Of a stretch of DNA of 64,000 bases, positions 50,206 to 61,207 are shown piece by piece (the first letter of the stretch is position 1; the number at the start of each line of letters is the position of its first letter). The stretch is from positions 620,001 to 684,000 of the forward strand of contig NW_024704752.1 of assembly GCF_018977255.1 (NCBI RefSeq). Direction: 5' to 3'. The notes beneath the pieces are model-generated. The model saw only the letters and a list, made by a program, of their open reading frames with translations. It ran no database searches and was not told the origin of the DNA. Origin of the DNA: Callorhinchus milii (taxonomy: Eukaryota). The translations under genes were made by a program, and so were the position numbers.

Positions 50206-53200
50206 ATGTTCAGCCCATATGTGTGGCTGCTCATTGCTTGTTGTGTTTGGGGATCCCAGGGAAAGCATTGCAGGCTCCAAGGCAAGTTCAATCTATCGGA
50301 AATATCCAAAGATGGAGATATCGTTCTAGGAGGTATCTTTGATGTACACGTTGACCGTTTTGAACAAATGAATACATTCGTTACTGCTCCAGAAGAAACA
50401 AAATGCAAAAGGTGAGCTCAGTAATGTTAGGGACCATCGTATGATCAGAATTTAATAATAATAATGATCCTTGCATTTGATACAGCGCCTTATCACATCT
50501 TCGAGACGTCTCAAAGCGGTTCACAAGTTATACTGTAAAGTGAATTGACTGCATATTTAGTGGGCAAAAGGCTTCAGCCAATTGTGCACAGCAGCGTCCC
50601 ACAAACTGTCGTGGATTGAAATGACCAAATTATTATCATTACAATTTTTGAAGGAAATCTTACTCCCAGAAAAGCGATCTGCCAATCGACTAATGACCAG
50701 GTTCCTATTTAGTGCTGGTAAACAGAGGAGTGTGGGGTAAGGAAACTTGCCCAACGTTTCGCCCTGCTCACGAGTTAATCCAACGTCACTCACTTGCAAG
50801 TCAAGTGCTCTAACTACTGAGCTGCAAAACTACAATTACAGCATTAATGTAAGTGGAGGTGATCAATCCTCCCAGGTCTATTTTAGTAAAAGTTATATAT
50901 TTAATAATGTTGAACCCCATTAGTTTGTGAGTGATTTATTATTCAAAATAATTCTGAAGTGTTCAACACCATTTGTTGGCTTTAAAATAACACATTTATT
51001 CAGACTGCAAGCCAAAATAAGATTCAGCAAAGAATTACATGGACAGTTTTCCGTTTCCTATTTTCGTAAAAATTCACTGTCCTGATAGGCGTATTATCAT
51101 GTTCTTATCAACTAAAACAAAAACTTGCATTACCAAGAAGCTCTGTGATGTATAGGCTCTATGTGGTGCTGCTCAGTGCCTGTTGTGTGTGGCAAAGTAA
51201 CAGGGAAAGGATTTGAGGCTGGAACGGAAATTCAATCTATCCGAAATATCCATATTTCCGGCAGGGCAGTGTCTTGAAGAGCTTAACGGTGACTTAGTGT
51301 GAGCCCTTTTGCTTGGGAGATGAGTTATTAAACTAAGACCTTGTCTGCTTGCTGAATAATAATAATAATAGTAATAATAATCCTTGCATTTGATATAGCG
51401 CTTTTCACGTCTTCTCTATGTCTCAAAGCGCTTCACAGAATATACTGTAAAGTGAATTGACTGTATATTTGTGGGCGAACGCGGCCGCCAATTGCGCACA
51501 GCAGCGTCCTACAAACAGTCCAGGAATGAAAATGACCAATTTATTATTGTTTTTTGTTTTTTGGAGGGATTATTATTAGATTAGATTATTAGATTAAGGA
51601 AATTTGCCCAAGGTTTCGCAATGCCTAGAATTGAACTCAGGTCTCTCACTTGCAAAGCAAGTGTTCTAACCACTGAGCTATAGGACTGAAGTGGGCATGA
51701 AAGATTTGCTGGGATTTTTGTAAAAGAGAAATGCTTTCAGACCTTCTTTATGTCACAGGCGCTATCACAAACATTAGGTTTATTATTGCCTTCGTGGAAT
51801 GCATTTGGCCCAATGAAAAGTAACATTACTTACGTTTACAACAGCGCCTTTCACCTCGAGAGGACATCTAAAGGTGCACCACTGGGTTTTCTGTGCAAAG
51901 CAGTGATTGTGGTCTCACAGGCCCATTCTATTCAAAAAGCACCTTATTGAAGCTGTAATACAATATACAGGACTCTGATATACCTGTAACATTAATGGTG
52001 GATTTCTCGTGCAGTTTGGATTTTAGAGCCTTCCGACTGGTGAATACGATGATATTTGCAATAGAGGAAATAAACCAGAACCCTGCACTGCTTCCTGATA
52101 TTACTCTGGGATATAAGATTTATGATGACTGCGGATCTTCCAATATTGCCACTAAAGTAGCACTGAGCCTTGTGAACGGTCAAGGAGCAACAGAGGATGA
52201 CCATAACTGTGAAGGGCCTCCTAATGTCCCAGCTCTTGTTGGTGGTGATGGATCCTCGGAGTCCATAGCTGTTGCAAGGTCAATTGGTCCATTCAGAATC
52301 CCAATGGTACGTTATCACATTCATATTGGTGCAAAGTCAGTTACTCTCTGAACAGAAAATAAATATTTAACATTTCACAAACATTTAAATCTAAAACCAA
52401 TACAAATATTGTGGATTAAATATATAATGATGTATTCACGTCTGTTATATGTTAAACATTGTAGTAATAAATGGAAATTGTTCCATTCTTCTTAATTTAT
52501 CTTATTTATTGTTGCGTCTCTAACACTCCACACCTCCCCTCCCTCCAAAAACAATGACAGCGTCTTACTTAAGGACACCTTAGTTGATGATTAACTATAC
52601 TGGAATGTTTGAGATTGGAAACTGTAATACTCATCAAACGTGTGTAAAACAAAAATGTTTCTATTCAGATCCGAACTGTTTTCTGTCTAAATCTCTAATC
52701 AACTGCAGGTCAGTTACTTCTCCACCTGCGTCTGTCTCAGTGACAGGAACGAATATCCCACCTTTTACAGAACCATACCCAGTGACTACCATCAGTCCAA
52801 GGCTTTAGCTCAAATCATTAAGAAGTTTGGATGGACGTGGATTGGGACTATCAGAAGCAACAATGACTATGGTAACTTTGGAATGCAGGCATTTGTAGAC
52901 ATTGCGCAGGAACTTGGCATTTGCATTGCCTTCTCGGAATCATTTTATAGAACAGATCCACTTGAAAAGATAAGCAACATTGTAAATATAATTAAGTTAT
53001 CGAACACAAAAGTTGTGGTGGCTTTTGCTGCCCGTATCGAAATGCAATTATTACTCAAAGAAGTAATACGACAAAACCTCACTGGAATACAGTGGGTGGG
53101 AACTGAAGCCTGGATAACAGCCCAACTTATTGCCCCAAATGAAAGTGCGAGATTTCTTATTGGAGCAATTGGCCCAGCGATTCCTTCAGCAGAAGTAAAG

Positions 53201-55757
53201 GGATTGCAGGAATTCCTTCTGAAAATTCATCCGTCTAAGTTTCCCGGAAATAGTTTAGTTCAGGAGTTTTGGGAAACTGCGTTCCAATGTAGTTTCTGGT
53301 CAGGAAACACAAGCCAAACAAACACAACATCCACATTGCAGCAATGCACCGGCAAAGAAGATGTAACAGAAATACACAATGGATATTCTGATGTAACTAT
53401 GGATGGAATTTCCTACAACGTATACAAAGCGGTGTACGCTTTAGCTCATGCACTTCACAATCTGCTTTTGTGTGAGAGAGGAAAAGGACCATTTATGAAC
53501 AACACCTGTGCACACTCATCAAATTTTCAGCCATGGCAGGTAAGGAAACATTCGTACATAAAACATATCTGTATTGGTAACCAATGCTCTGTGTATTTTT
53601 TGAATTGTGTCAACCTACTGACGATTGTTGTTACTAACCATCTCATATAATAAACATTATCGTTCATGTAATGTGACGTTATGATTCCTCAATGCTGCCT
53701 TACATTTGATCATATTCTTTGATATTGTTGTACAGATTCTCCATTACCTACAGTCAGTAAATTTTACATCTAAATCCGGTGACAGAATTTATTTTGATGA
53801 AAACGGTGACCCCGTGGCCAAATATGACTTGATAAACTGGCAAAAGAATTTGAAAGGCGTTGCTGAAACTCGTGTAATTGGCTTCTACGATGGTTCCGCA
53901 TCTCCAAGCCGGGAGCTTACGGTGAATGAGGAGGCTATCGTGTGGAGCAATGGTCAAACTGAGGTGTTTATCTGTCTGCTTTAGAAAAAAAATGGAATTT
54001 CAATTGCTATGAAGGACAATGTCAAACAATACTTTCGTAGGAACTCAGTTGTTAATCGATTGGTGGATCACTCTTCTGGGTGTAATAATTCCTTCAAAAA
54101 AATAAATAATTTGGGCACTCCATCCACGACTGTTTGTGGGACGCTGCTGTGCGCAATTTTGCTCAGAAACTTGCAGTCAATTCAATTTACAGTATATTCT
54201 GTGAGGCACATTGAGACATCTCAAACATATGATAAGGCACTATATAAAATGGCGCTATATCTGATGCAAGCATCATTAGTTTATGATTATAAAACATGAA
54301 AGCAAATTGTATTGATATCGTGGCCTTCACATACCATTGCGACTTTGAGTGTTTACAGTGGAGGCACTGAATTGGGGGAATGAGGGAGGGGGGAGGTTAC
54401 TGTCGGTGAGGAAGGTTCTGACATTCAACTTGAAGACCAACAAAGGGGGTGAGATTGAGGTGTGCATGGAGGCAGTTACAGAGTTTAGGTGTAGAATTAA
54501 GCAGCTTTGAGACAATACATCTTTATAATCAGATCATTTGTGTTGTTTTGAAAACATGCATTGACTAAAGCCATTACTGATTAGTTCATCTGCATCATTT
54601 TATGTGATAAGTTTTATTTTTATTCTGAGATCCCACGTGCGGTTTGCAGTGAGAGCTGTATTCCTGGAACAAGAAAAGTTGCCAGAAAAGGCCAACCCGT
54701 GTGTTGCTTTGACTGTACAGAATGTGCTGAGGGAGAAATCAGCAACATCACAGGTGAGTGTGAAATTCCTCTTCCTATTTAATGCTTCTCTTTCAAAAAC
54801 TCCCTTTAGTAATATTCATGCCATACTTACTGAATTATCGTACCTTTCCCAGATTCCACAGACTGCATTAAATGCCCTGAACAATATTGGCCCAATCAGC
54901 AGAGAGATCGTTGCCGACCAAAGGAAATAGAGTTCCTCTCCTTTACCGAAATGCTGGGAGGTGTATTGCTGACATTGGCTCTGGTGGGAGTGAGCACCAC
55001 AATAAGTATTGCCATTGTCTTCTTCACACACAGAGACACTCCTATTGTTAAAGCCAACAATTCTGAGCTCAGCTATCTGCTTCTCTTTGCATTAACGCTG
55101 TGTTTTCTGTGCTCAGTGACTTTCATTGGCGAGCCCTCAGTCTGGGCTTGCATGTTGTGCCACACAGCATTCGCTATCGCTTTCGTTCTCTGTATTTCCT
55201 GTATTTTGATTAAAACAATCCTTGTGATTCTGGCGTTTAAGGCAACTCTTCCAAACAACAACATGGCCAAATTGTTCGGGCCTGCTCAGCAGCGTTGGAG
55301 TGTATTCCTCCTTACCTCTGTTCAGTGCCTGATATGTACTCTCTGGTTAACTATATCACACCCATTTCCCATGAGAAACACAGAATATTACAGAGAGATT
55401 ATCATTCTGGAATGTGACCTGGGCTCTGTGAGCGCCTTTTATTCTATGGCGGGATATATTGCTTTCCTGGCCGGAGTGAGCTTTGTGCTGGCGTTTCTAG
55501 CTCGGAAATTACCTGATAACTTTAATGAGGCTCAATGTATAACCTTTAGCATGCTCATCTTTTGTGCTGTTTGGATCACTTTTATACCAGTTTACATCAG
55601 CTCTCCTGGGAAATACACCGTTGCTGTCGAAGTCTTTGCTATTTTAGCCTCGAGTTTTGGGTTATTGTTTTGTATTTTTGTTCCTAAGTGTTACATTATT
55701 TTGATAAAACCTGAAATGAATACCAAAAAACACTTGATGGGCAAAGTGTCCAACTGA
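50206..55757 (+). CDS. G6: V2R/OlfC-family class C GPCR, 6 exons, 861 aa
   Basis: Exons 50206-50411, 52015-52306, 52709-53539, 53736-53963, 54630-54753, 54853-55757; sum 2586 nt; C-terminus GKVSN; flanks paralogous to G4. Confidence 0.95.
50452..50832 (-). mobile_element. Full-length SINE in G6 intron 1
   Basis: Orthologous position to 30073-30445. Confidence 0.9.
51130..51253 (+). pseudogene. Relic exon-1 fragment in G6 intron 1
   Basis: [22 protein letters not shown] followed by ttcaatctatccgaaatatcca, homologous to exon 1; a shorter piece is in G8 at about 61853-61902. Confidence 0.8.
51356..51687 (-). mobile_element. SINE (G6-specific)
   Basis: Empty site cttgctgaagtgggcatg is present in G8 (about 61998-62016); ctgaa is duplicated at both ends in G6. 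Confidence 0.9.
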
Positions 55758-56872
55758 AAAACTAGCTGCCTAGATATGTAAGCTGCAGCTAAAAGTGAAC
55801 ATAATTTAAGTGCAGGTTAGTTTTACTGAAATGTAACAGGAAACTAACTAAAGTACATGTAAACTGTCTAATGTTTAGTCGTTTTGTGCATGGTGACATG
55901 GAATTTTTAAGTGTCACTTTACATGTTTTATATTCTCTGCCAATAAATTATTTATGTTCAACATTGATACCTGATGTTATTGTTATCTGATGCAATTAAT
56001 TTATTTACAGATGTTACACTTGTATTGCTGCAATCAAACTTCCCTTTGATTTATTCTCTTAATTTCCAATAGCATTGTTGTCCTTTACTGATTCCCCCCA
56101 ACACTGGACACAATCCACCTCAACTCTCTCAATTCCTTCTCACATGCATTTGCCATTGTAACCAATAATCCACGACACTATAGACACTATAAGCAATTAA
56201 GCAGTAAGTAAATAAATAAATGAATAAGTAAATAATTCAGAGAAATGATAGACAATGAATCTGTAAACTGAATGATTCTGAACCATTTGTGAGTGTAGGT
56301 TAGGAAGGAGGACAATCGTGAATAAATGTTGTTGTGGCTGCAGTGGTGGAGGGAGAACAAATAATTATTACTTCTACGTTCTCTCCAAATTAACCAAATT
56401 TGCTCGATCTGTGACAGAGGTCTCAAATCATTGTCACGTGTTACAAAGGACTACTTCAGTAACAACACTGTGTGGCTGTCCTACAGCACGATAAAGAATT
56501 GCCAACAACAAACTTGCGGAATAAAAGCCATTGTGGTGGAACATTCAGAAATAAAATGGTAAAATGTAGACGAGAGGCGGAAACTCGTCTTTGCAGCTCT
56601 CAATGAATGCACTGTGTTCCATCATCTTCAAACGATTACAAATTAGAATGAGGCAAATAAGAATAATATTGTTTAAGGAATTTAACCATCACAATGCCAC
56701 ATGATATTTTAAATAATCTCCAAATTACCTTCCACTGAATTGCATCAAAGGCGGCAATTCCCAGAAAGCCCCGCTTTAGTACAATATAAAGCACACATAC
56801 GGTGACGCATATATTGGACAATTGAACTTGTCTGCTCGGATAACTGCAACTTCTGATTGACGTAAATAGTAA

Positions 56873-58203
56873 ATGTATGTGGGAAATATGTTTTACTTTT
56901 TTCTGTTAGAATTGCTCAGACTTGAGGCTGGATGGGAAAGCGGTGAATATAGTTGTAAACTTCAAGGGAAGTTCGATTTACCTGAACTGTCAAAGGACGG
57001 AGACATCATTCTGGGGGGACTTTTTAACTTGCACATGGACAGGGTTGAGAATGTGCATTCCTTTACTGTCCGGCCAAAAGCAGAACAGTGCAAACGGTGA
57101 GTGGATTCTCAGAGTAATTTATAAAAAGCTATAGTTAAGTGTATAGTAAATGTATATGGGTGTCTGACACATGTGGAAACCCATCGACATGCCTTCGAGT
57201 ATCCAAACCAAGCTGAGATTTCCATGCATTCTGCCTACAAGTCCTGTAGCTCAGTGGTTGGAGCACTCGCCTCGCAAGTGAGAGACCTTGGCTCGATTCC
57301 TGGCTGGGTGAAATGTTGGTCAAGTTTCTTTACTCCACATGCCTCTGTTTACCTTGCAGTAAGGAGAAACAGGGTTAATAGGCGATTGTCAGATCAGTTT
57401 ACTGGGAGTAATAATTGCTTTAAAAAAAATGGGTCACTTGAATGCACGACTGTGGAGGGACGCTGCTCTGCGCAATTAGCTGCCGCTTTTCACCCACAAA
57501 ATATGCAGTCAATTTACCTTGCAGTATATTCTGTGAAGCGCTTTGAGACGTCTCGAAGACGTGAGAAGGTGCTATATCAAATGCAAGGATTATTTACAAA
57601 TGGGAATCCCAGCACTAGATTGTTGGAATGGAATGCGGGCTCTCTCCCTGGAGGGAAGCATCCTGCCTACCTAATTCCGGAAAGTATTAAGCGAAGATTA
57701 GCAAGAGCCAAGGGTTGGAGAGCCCAGAGGGTGCGTTCGGTTACTGCTGGAGTCTAACCAGTTAAAACCACATAGCTCACCATTGGTATTAATGTCCGGC
57801 AAACTTTCCCGCTACTTGTCCAGTGAGGAGCACCCTATCCGTTAGTGCTTTGGCTGCAGTGTTACCAGGAGTTGAGTGAGATGACTCCCTGCCCCAGTGA
57901 CTGGTCTGCTCTTCCAGGTCCTGGTTTGTGCTGGCGTTTCTTGCTCGGAAATTACCTGATAAGTTTAATGAGGCTCAGTGTATAACCTTTAGCATGCTCA
58001 TCTTTTGTGCTGTTTGGGTCACTTTTATACCAGTTTACATCAGCTCTACTGGGAAATACACCGTTGCTGTCAAAGTCTTTGCTATTTTAGCCTCGAGTTT
58101 CGGGTTATTGTTTTGTATTTTTGTTCCTAAATGTTACATTATTTTGATAAAACCTGAAATGAATACCAAAAAAGCACTTGATGAGCAAAGTACCTGTAAA
58201 TGA
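56873..58203 (+). pseudogene. G7: internally deleted V2R (intact G5-type exon 1 plus only the 3' third of the 7TM exon)
   Basis: Exon 1 56873-57096 is nearly identical to G5 exon 1. Intron 1 sequence runs into the exon-6 fragment at about 57925 ([17 protein letters not shown]). Exons 2-5 are absent. Substitutions N>K, I>V, P>T, E>K and a +1 insertion near the C-terminus. Confidence 0.88.
57241..57594 (+). mobile_element. Full-length SINE in G7 intron 1
   Basis: A/B boxes, core, tail; flanked by tacaa on both sides; absent from the equivalent G5 site. Confidence 0.9.
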
Positions 58204-58541
58204 ATAAGCACTGCACATTACAGGTATATGATCATGTGTAACAGAATGTAAACATATCATGTCTTCATTAAATGCAAAAAAGAAAATAACTGAGTTGAAT
58301 ATCACATATATTTAATATTTCATATGTATAATGGGATTATGCTTGTTAGCATTTTCACATAATCAGTAATAGGATCCCTAATCTGTCACAATTAATGTGC
58401 TTTTCAGGTAAAAGAATGTATTTGAGTCCAGGGTTATTGCTGTGGAGTGCATAGAATGGGCAAAACTACAGTTGTCTATTGTGTAAGTTTTGCTGTTTGA
58501 CTATTGTCGGCCAAAGTCTATGGGAGTAATTTCAACACAGT

Positions 58542-58995
58542 CAACAACGACCTGCATTTATATGGGGCCCTTCATGCGGGTTAGTGTCCCAGTGCGCTTG
58601 ACAGTGGCGGAGTCTCACAATGAGCATTTCTGCTGTGTTGTTTGTTAGGTAATGGATGGAAGTGGGCAATGTGGCGGAACTGGAATAAAGTGGTCCTGGT
58701 CAGCGATCGGATTTGTGGTAGAAAGCGAAGCTGGGGATCGCACCTGATGCCTGCATTGCCCACAAGTTCACAGAGGTCCAGCAGGATGAGGAGGCTGAGA
58801 GGGCCGTGGTTACACAGAGAGAGGACATCATTTGTTACTTTGACAAGCGCTGTCTCTGTGCTGTGGGCTGGAAACTGAACTGGAGGGGTTCGAGTAGTGA
58901 GTGGATGGTGAGGTGAGAGCGAAGCTTGTTTACAACAATGCGTTCCAGGGCTTTGGCCAGGAAAGGCAGGTTTGAAATGGGAAGGGTAGTGCAGG
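58542..58995 (-). mobile_element. L2 fragments
   Basis: Tail plus PISNLPFLAKALERIVVNKLRSHL...LLEPLQ on the minus strand. Confidence 0.85.
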
Positions 58996-58999
58996 ACGC

Positions 59000-60110
59000 T
59001 GAAGGGAACGTGATATATTCAAGGACTGAACATCTACAGACCTTTGGAGTAGGGAATTCCATAAATTCACTACCCTCTGAGTGAAGAAGTTTTTCCTCAA
59101 CTCAGTGCGAAAGGGCTTACCCTTAATTTTAAGACTGTGACCCCTGATTATAGTTTCTCCAACCAAGGGAAAACGTCTCCCACTATCTATTCTGTCGTGC
59201 CCCTTAATAATCTTATAGGTTTCTATAAGATCACCTCTCATTCTTCTATATTCTAGAGAATATAGGCCTAAATTGCTCAACCTATTCTCATAACTCATCC
59301 GCCTCATCCCAGGTACCAACCTAGTGACTCTACGTTGTACCCCTCCAAGGCGAGTACATCCTTTCTTAAATAAGGAGACCAAAACTGCACACAATACTCT
59401 AGGTGCGGCCTCACCAGGGCCCTATACATTTGAAGGAACCGTTCCAGAATCCAACGAATTTTGGAAGATCAGACACAAGGCCTCCACTATCTCATGAGCT
59501 TCCTCTTTTAAAACCTCGGATGCAAACCATCAGGTCCAGGGGACTCGTCACTTTTTAATGCCAACAATTTCCCGAGCACCAATTCTTTGCTGATGTAAAT
59601 TTCCCTAAGTTGCTCCTTTGTTCATCTCTATTTCTGGTAAACTTCTTGTGTCTTCTAACGTGAAGACAGAAGAAAAGTATTTATTTATGGACTCTGCCAT
59701 ATCCTTATACCCCATTATTATTCCTCCTGTGTCTGCCTGTAATGGACCCACATTTACTTTTGCAAGCCTATTCCTCTGAATGTATTTATAAAACCTCTTA
59801 CAATCTGCCTTAATGTCCCTCGCTAGCTTGCCCTCATAATCCATTTTCTCACTCTTAATGACCTTTTTGGTTTTCTTTGTTTGTCCCTAAAACACACCCA
59901 GTCCTCAGTTTGCTTCCCTTTTGACAGTTTTATAGGCCTTTTCTTTTAGTTTTATACTTTCTCTAACTGCTCTAGTTCACCACGGATGAACTGCTTTCCC
60001 TGAGAGGGAATATGTGACCGCTGAGAATTTTGCACTACATCTTTAAACGTTTGCCACTGTTGGCCTATTGTCATATCCATTAATCTAATTCCCCAGTCTA
60101 TTTTAGCTAA
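59000..60110 (-). mobile_element. CR1 LINE ORF2 fragments
   Basis: [44 protein letters not shown]...FFTQRVVNLWNSL and DYEGKLARDIKADCKRFYKYI...INKYFSSVFT. Confidence 0.93.
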
Positions 60111-60111
60111 A

Positions 60112-60785
60112 AGGAGGGTCTTGAGATGAGTCCTGACAGTGGCGATGAGGGGGCGAGGTGGCGGGACTGTGGGATGGAGTACCAGAGGGTAGGGGCAGAG
60201 TGGCAGAAGGCCCGATCGCCAATAGTAGGGCGAGCAAGGCAGGGGACATACAGCAGGCTGGAGCCCACTGGGCGGAGGGAGCGAGTAGGATGGTAAGGGA
60301 TTAGGAGATCACAGAAGTAGGGGGGAGCAAGACCTTGGAGGGCTTTGAAGGTGAGGACCAGGATCTTGAATGTATCCCCTGTGAGACGGGAAGCCAGCGG
60401 AGCTGGGCAAGGATGGTGGTGATAGGGTTGTGAAGTTTACTGTGGGCGAGGACACAGGCTGCAGAGTTCTGGATGATATGCAGCCGACAGTGGGAGGTGT
60501 TGGGGAAGCCAACAAGCAGTGATTTTGCACAGTCGAGCTTTGATGTAATGAAAGCGTGTATCAGGGTTTCAGTGGCCTGTGGTGTGAGACAGTGGCTGAG
60601 CTGAGCGGGTCATGGCACAGATGAGGGGCAGAAAGGACAGTTGAAGGTCAAACAAGATGCTAAGGTCCCGGAGTGGCTTCGCAAGGTGGGATGTGCAACC
60701 ATGGATGGAGATGCTGTCAGCGCCTGAGGTGAGGGGGCGCTAATGGGATCCAATCAGGAGAGCTCGGTCTTGTTGTGGATAAGTT
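60112..60785 (-). mobile_element. L2 LINE 3' ORF2 fragment
   Basis: Reverse complement of L2 C-terminal motifs (ETLIHAFITSKLDC, FKILVLTFKAL). Confidence 0.82.
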
Positions 60786-61207
60786 ATAGAGAGACTTCAT
60801 TCATATTAATTAGTTGGCTGCTCATGTCACATATCTTATTTAACAAGAGTATTGCTTATCATAACGGTCTACGGTGCTGTTAGTTGGTGCCAAACAAGAC
60901 GATAGCCACACATTAGGGATTTCACCGTATTAAAGGCAGAAGTGTGCAGGTGGAATATGTTTGAAAGCCCCAATCATGGCTACAGGAGCTGAGGGATTAG
61001 TTACTGTTTCCATACTCAGGTCCGTTATTGCCCCTGGGATTCTCACAATGTATTTACACTTTATATTTGGGATCAGAAAGGGAGCTAATCCCACAAGTGA
61101 TTACTGTTTGATACACTATATATACAAACAGATTCAGCCCCACGTACAATATACAGCACAGTTTCATGCTGACAAGGGATCAGCAGAGGTTACCGAGAAG
61201 CTCTGTG

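Noticed and set aside
49959-50342. 127-aa ORF MKAPIMATGAEG... repeated at 60961
   Set aside because: Non-ATG start, overlaps promoter and exon 1 out of frame, and is broken in the G4 copy; similarity reflects duplication only.
57173-57757. 194-aa ORF and related SQFTLQYIL / [13 protein letters not shown] ORFs
   Set aside because: Chance read-through of SINE sequence.
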